Shown in pieces: positions 58,293 to 64,000 of a DNA stretch of 64,000 nt. How positions within the stretch are numbered: the first letter of the stretch is position 1; each line of letters starts with the position of its first letter. Location of the stretch: NCBI GenBank assembly GCA_030390025.1, contig CM059431.1, positions 133,426,001-133,490,000 of the forward strand, read 5' to 3'. The stretch is from Squalus acanthias (lineage: Eukaryota). Under the pieces are notes generated by a model. The model was not told where the DNA came from and did not search any database. It worked only from the letters and a program-made list of their open reading frames with translations. The position numbers and the translations under genes are program-made.

Positions 58293-60202
58293 ATGGAGAG
58301 GGTGAGAGAACGCGCTCATCGCTTCACCGAGCGGGCCTTGGATGCTCTGGTTGACGCAGTGGAGCGCAGACGATGCATGCTGTTCCCAGAGAGTGGCAGG
58401 AGGCCTTTGCCACGCGAGTTCAGAAGAGTGTGGAGGGAGGTGGCTCAGAGCGTCTCCTCCAGGAGCATGGTGCCCAGGACCCATGTCCAGTGCCGCAAGA
58501 AGTTCAACGACCTCACTCGGGTCGTCAGGGTGAGTGGCTTTTTCTCAATACCTCTCCATCCCTCCATCTCAACCTCACTCTATGGCCAGAGGGTCTTAAA
58601 ACCCCAATGCACAACACTCATGCAACACCTATGGCCCTTTCATCAAACACACACACACATTCCACACTTTGCATACAGTAAGGGCTATTCACCTATGGGA
58701 GGCACATCAGGCAAGACCATGGCTGCATATTGTAAGGGCTATTCACCTATGGGAGGCACATCAGGCAAGACCATGGCTGCATATTGACTCAGATGCTGTC
58801 CTTTTTCTTGCAGGCTAAGCTGGCTCATAATCGGAGACAGCAGCAACGGACGGGTGGAGGTCGGCTTCAGCTGCAACCCCTCAGCGATCTGGAGGAGCGC
58901 GTCCACAGGATTGTGGCAAGCCGGGTGATCGGTCCCGTCGCCACTGGAGACGCCGACCCCGTTGTGGACAGCAATGGTAAGGTCATCACCTTTTTGTCCT
59001 CTGTCCTTCCACTTGTCCCTCACAATACCAGCCTTTGACACTTTCAATCCAACTTGCTAACTCGCTGCACTTATTCCTCCCTTACTGCCACCCTGTCCTC
59101 ACGCTAAAGCCACTCTTGTACCTCCCTGCTTTCAGATGGTGATTCACCAGCTGAGGAGATGGTCCCTGAAGCTGCCACTGGGAGTGATGCTGCAGCTGAG
59201 GAGGAAGAGGAAGCCGCAGCATCAGTGCCACCCTCTCCCGAGGAAGCCCATGGCCACACTGGGAACACGCCTTCCCCGGAGGGGAGCAGGGGGGAAGGGG
59301 CTGATGATGGTGAAGTTCCAGGACCCAGCGGGCTGCAGCAACGCCATGGGGGGGGGAGGGAAGAACGGGGGAGCAGGGGGGAAGGGGCTGATGATGGTGA
59401 AGTTCCAGGACCCAGCGGGCTGCAGCAACGCCATGGGGGGGGGAGGGAAGAACGGGAGCCTTCTCCCCAGAGGGAGAGTATGCCAGACACTCCTAATGCA
59501 ATGGACGCAGAGGAGGAGCGGATGATTGCAGAAATGAACAGCCAGGCGGTGGTCATGCACACTGAGCTCATGGGTGCAGTGGGAAGGGTGCCCGAATGCA
59601 TTGAGGCACTGGCAAGGAGTGTGGAGCACTTCGCTGTAGCACAGGCGGATGCCACACTAAAGCTTGCTGCTGCAATTCAGTCACTGGCTGCCAGGAACCC
59701 ATCTGAGCCTGCTCTCATGCAGACTCAGATTGAGGCCACGCGAGCACTGACTGCTGCCATCCTCGATGGTTCGTGCACATGTCCCCGGGGCTGTCACCGC
59801 GCCGCAGCAGGCCAGCAATCTGTTCTCAGGCAAATTGCTCCGGATGCTGAAGTGCTGCCCCGTGGGAGTGCCAGTGTGTCGGGCGAGCAGGGAGTTGCTG
59901 TCCTCTCTCACGATGACAGCATTCCTGCTGCCAACACTGTCACTTCTCCACTGCACTTGCCACCGCCTGTAGGACAGACTGCTGCCGCCCATGCAGAGTT
60001 GGTGCAGTCTGCAGCCGGGCCCTCCAGGCCCAGAAGTGGTCGAGGCCGGCCTTCAGGGGCATCTGCAGTGTCAGGGTCTGACAAGCAGCAGCCTTCCACC
60101 AGCCTTGCTGCAGCCACTGAGGTCCCATTACGGAGGAGCAGTAGGGTTAGAAGGGGGGAAGTGCGCAAGGGAAGGAGATCACCCTCGAAGGGCAAAAAGT
60201 AG
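58293..60202 (+). CDS. Harbinger Myb/SANT-like protein, 3 exons (58293-58529, 58814-58976, 59136-60202), 488 aa
   Basis: RFTERALDALVDAVERR...VWREVAQSVS...QCRKKFNDL; GT-AG introns in phase 0 and phase 1 join the three ORF pieces without a stop. Confidence 0.85.
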
Positions 60203-60496
60203 GATGTGTGCCAAAATGCTGGTCATTTTTTTATTAAAGGCCGAGGTTCATGGCCCAACTTTTGTTTAGTGTTTTGGACATTATCTCCAGGTTGTGAGAA
60301 CCAGTTATGTTATTGACTGTTTTTTGGTGTTTATTTCTATGAGTTTGTCATGAGGAATTGACACACACAGAGTTTGTACAATAAATAAGTTTATGTATTC
60401 AAAATATACATGGCTGGTGGTTGGAATTATTGGTGCCTTGGCCGGCTTAGGGGTTGCGTGCTGGGTTGATTCGTGTTTGTAGCACTGGCAGGGGTC

Positions 60497-61657
60497 CTAG
60501 AAGCGGCTTGCTATTAGTCGTTGACGGACGGCCCTTGCAGTTTGACCATTGTGGGCCGCCCTCCTGCCTTGGTGCTGCTGCTGATCATCGTCCTCGGCCT
60601 GTTCCTCCTCTTCCTCCTCCTCCTCTTGTGGTGCTGCAAGGCCTGGTGGCATTGGCTGCGTCCTGAGGATTGCCATGTTGTGCAACATGCAGCACACCAC
60701 TACGAATTTGGAAACTTGCTCAGGCGAGTACTGCAGGGCTCCTCCGGAATGGTCCAGACAGCGGAATCGTTGTTTGAGCACGCCGATTGTGCGCTCAATA
60801 ATGTTCCTCGTTGCTTGTTGGCTTTCCTGGTACCGCAGCTCAGCAGGGGTGTTTGGCGCACGGAGCGGTGTCATCAGCCAGGTGCTCAATGCGTACCCCT
60901 TGTCCCCCAGAAGCCAACCGACTGGCTGATGCGGTGCCTCGAAAATTTCTGCCACAGTACTCTGGCGCAGGATGAAAGCATCGTGGCAGCTGCCCGGATA
61001 GTGGGCATTGACAGCGAGAATCACCTGTCTGTGGTCACAGACCAACTGCACATTCAAGGAATGGAACCCCTTTCTGTTCCGGAACTCCTCTGCATTCTCT
61101 CGCGGAGCACGCAAAGCCACATGCGTGCAGTCAATGGCGCCCTGCACCATGGGGAAGCCCGCTACCCTCGCAAAGCCCATAGCACGGTCATGCTGCTTGT
61201 CTGGGGTCATAGGGAAGGAGATGAAGTCTCGTCTCCTTGTGAAGAGGGCATTGGTGACCTGCCGGATGCAGCGATGCACCGCAAACTGGGAGATATTGGC
61301 GAGGTCCCCAACAGCAGCTTGGAATGAGCCAGTGGCGTAGAAGTTCAAGGCCACTGTGACCTTCACTGCCACCGACAGAGACGTCCTGGACCTCAGCTGA
61401 GGCTGCAGATCTGGCTGCAGCAGGTGGCAGAGCTCAGTGACCACCTCCTTGCTGAATCGCAGCCTTCGCAAACACAGCTCCTCGGACATGTGGATGTAGG
61501 AGAGCTGTTCACGATATACCCTGGGAGGGTAAGTTCTCCTGTACATGCGCCTGATGGGCCTCCTCCGTCTGGCCATCATTGCCACTCTCTGTCTGCGTCT
61601 CACTCTGCTCCGATTGAGCTGGAGCAGGACGACGCCCCCAATCATTGCAGCCCCCAT
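60497..61657 (-). CDS. Harbinger (HARBI1-like) DDE transposase, 386 aa
   Basis: [55 protein letters not shown] all intact. Confidence 0.95.
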   Translation of the reverse strand: MGAAMIGGVVLLQLNRSRVRRRQRVAMMARRRRPIRRMYRRTYPPRVYREQLSYIHMSEELCLRRLRFSKEVVTELCHLLQPDLQPQLRSRTSLSVAVKVTVALNFYATGSFQAAVGDLANISQFAVHRCIRQVTNALFTRRRDFISFPMTPDKQHDRAMGFARVAGFPMVQGAIDCTHVALRAPRENAEEFRNRKGFHSLNVQLVCDHRQVILAVNAHYPGSCHDAFILRQSTVAEIFEAPHQPVGWLLGDKGYALSTWLMTPLRAPNTPAELRYQESQQATRNIIERTIGVLKQRFRCLDHSGGALQYSPEQVSKFVVVCCMLHNMAILRTQPMPPGLAAPQEEEEEEEEQAEDDDQQQHQGRRAAHNGQTARAVRQRLIASRF

Positions 61658-63672
61658 CTTCTCTTTGCCAGAAAAGTAATGAGGTACAGCAACGAAAGTA
61701 GCAGCAAAGTTAGGATGAACTAGGCAAAACTACCTCACAAAGCGTTGAGTCAATGTAGAAGTCTCTCTCTCTCTCTCTCCGAATCTCTCTCTCTCTCTCA
61801 GAACGAGTGGTGCATAAATGTCGACCACAGAAAAAGACAGGAAGAGGCCCCCTTTAAATAGCGCCCCCCCCAGCCCCAGACCGATTGATAACGTTCCAGT
61901 CTTCCGGTCGTTGGAAGCGCCAGGCGGTAAGGCAGGGGGCGCCACTCAATTTCCGCTCCGGGGCGCCCCAAGGGCGTTGCACCACAGAATGACGTCACAA
62001 TCTGCGCGCGCAGGTGGTCGCAGCGGTAAGTTTTAGCGCCGCCGCACAATCTCAAGTTAAGTTCTCGAGGGGCGCAAACAGCGCTGCGCCCAGGCGTTAG
62101 CGCCTTAACGCCCCATTAGCGCCCATTTAAGGCGCTAACGGGAGGCGCAACCAACTGAATTTTTACCCCTATGACTCTAAGTTTTTTATTGACGTGGTAT
62201 AAAACGTTCTATAGTCTATTTCACTTTCTGATATGTTAACAATGCACCCATTTTTGTATATATAACTTAAAAAAAATTCCCAGTATTCATTACTCATTTT
62301 CATTGAGGTTTTGTTCTATAAAATCACATGATATTGCAGCCCACATACACAGTGCAAAATAATCACCCTGTTCTCACTTTTGTAAATGCCACTCTGTTAA
62401 TTGTTCATCAAAATGAGTCTTAGCAACTTATTGTTTATTATTGGCATCTTTGGCAAAAAATTTCAATTTTAAATGATTTCATTAATTTTATGGTAACTAT
62501 AAAACATATTTTAGTCTGCTTTTGTTCACAGTACTTATCATCTAAATCATATATTTTGTACTACAGTGTACTTACATGAACTTGCCCGAGTTAAGTGTGT
62601 AGGAAGAAGCTGTACAGTTAGGAACGCACTGTGTGTAGGTTAATTTTTCAAACTACATCACTCTAAACAACTACAGACTCCTTGATCTGCATTATCGACA
62701 TCTTATACATTTACTTAAAGAGAGGTGCAATCTTATTGTAGTCTTATACACAACAGACTGTTAGAATGGATCCAGACAGTCTTTGGAACTTGTTCCAATT
62801 CTTCAATGAAGTTGCCAGGATGTTATTTAAATCTTTAAATAAACAGGGTGGGGGTTATGTTATAATCTATTTCTATGGATCACAAATGACATTTGCGACT
62901 TGAATCCATTTTGTGTTTCTTACACAGTGGATTACTTTTGCGTAATGCACTATTGTGTCCCAGAAAGTGTTATCTATGAAGTAATTTGTTTAATCTCTGT
63001 CTCTAAAGTGTGTGACCAGGAAAGTCCGGACCTTGTATTTTAATAATTGCATTGGTTTAAATACTATCATTTCAAAATACAATTTAACGACTTACAGTTG
63101 AAGAAAGGGACAAATGTCCCTTCAATAAATTTTTCTAAACATTGACTTGGTGGAACGATTTCCGTACTGCATTTAAGTTAAAGTCACATATTCTGGGCAT
63201 TCTTTAAAAGACACACCTAATATCTAATGATATGAAGTAGCTTTTAAAAGTCATATGCTCATACAAAAGGGACTATTGTCCCCGCTACTCTGTTACTAAT
63301 AAACCACAAGGCTGCGTTTCCTTGAGGATAACTAAAGATAATTTTGCGAAGTCAAGAACACCTCGACACAAGGCAGTTCCGAGTCTTGTCTGTGCGTGGA
63401 GCTTATCCCCATTTCAGAGTCGGTATCATTCACATTGGAAGGGGAGGGAGGATCTGAATGGCTCCCAGATTGATACTTGACACTCTTTCGTGGCAAACTA
63501 TACTTGGTCAAATCCTTACAAACCCAGTCACCAGGGCTTCACTCTCCGCATCCTCTGGAAAGTGCAGTGACTTCAGTTGTTCGACTAAGTGATCACATTC
63601 CTCTGCCTTTTTACTCAGTAATAATTCCTTATGTTTCACTTTCTCCTGAACGTCCATTAAATGTTTGCAGAG

Positions 63673-63860
63673 TTAAACATACAACAAAAAAAACTCTAAT
63701 TCCAAATGGAGCTCAAATAAGAAAGTGAATAAAGTGGTTAAACTCCCCAATCCTAAGAAGGTGAGGTTATCGATCCCCAGCCTTGGCGATGAGTTGGGAT
63801 CAGTTTTGGAGAAGTTGTTTCCTCTTTTTCTGCTGCCGTTCCCTCCGTCTCTCACAGACT
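63673..63860 (-). other. Possible terminal exon of an unidentified host gene (upstream exon end at 63977-64000)
   Basis: Donor GTAAGT at 63976-63971 and acceptor ...ctgtttgtacctCAG at 63863-63861. The phase-1 join is open to a hydrophobic C-terminus. Gene not recognised. Confidence 0.35.
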
Positions 63861-64000
63861 CTGAGGTACAAACAGGGGTACAAACTTTTCCCCCTCTCTC
63901 ATAACATGATTTAAATAACCCTGATAGACTCTTTCAATAAGGGGACAACACCTGGCAAAATTTAACTGGAACTTACCGCGACATTCAACATCACTTTCCC

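Larger units (their letters stand above)
57936..62169 (+). mobile_element. Intact two-gene PIF/Harbinger transposon (4234 bp), candidate autonomous copy
   Basis: TIRs GGGGTAGAAATT / AATTTTTACCCC; TSD TAT; open transposase and open spliced Myb-like gene, convergent. Confidence 0.95.

Noticed and set aside
60497..61657. Domesticated host gene HARBI1
   Set aside because: Enclosed by TIRs and a TSD with a Myb partner and many decayed paralogues; it is a transposon gene.

Overview
Eukaryotic, transposon-saturated window, probably from a cartilaginous fish (inferred from the CR1/L2/Harbinger repertoire, not proven). 1-9364 (-) is an apparently intact retrovirus-like provirus, lokiretrovirus-like, cut off by the window edge. 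It has a ~1.55 kb 5' LTR, gag with a CCHC knuckle, and pol (PR-RT-tether-RNase H-IN) joined to gag in frame across one TGA-CTAG readthrough-type stop. It also has an env ORF missed by the ORF track, with a signal peptide, an apparent Ig-like domain and an RQRR furin site. A second, decayed relative lies at ~43.9-47.4 kb. The rest is a nested pile of CR1 LINEs (one full-length copy with both ORFs open, ~25590-31292), an L2 3' end, a solo LTR, and many PIF/Harbinger transposons and MITEs, including one intact two-gene copy (57936-62169). Main observations: (i) env with an Ig-like domain; (ii) UGA-CUAG gag-pol readthrough; (iii) a split tRNA-Leu-like primer site with a conserved U5 hairpin; (iv) all three CR1 copies with (ACTCTATG)n tails carry a Harbinger inserted at the TAT of the tail; (v) a T-TTA-AAC -1 slippery site conserved at three CR1 ORF1/ORF2 junctions. 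A possible host terminal exon lies at the right edge.
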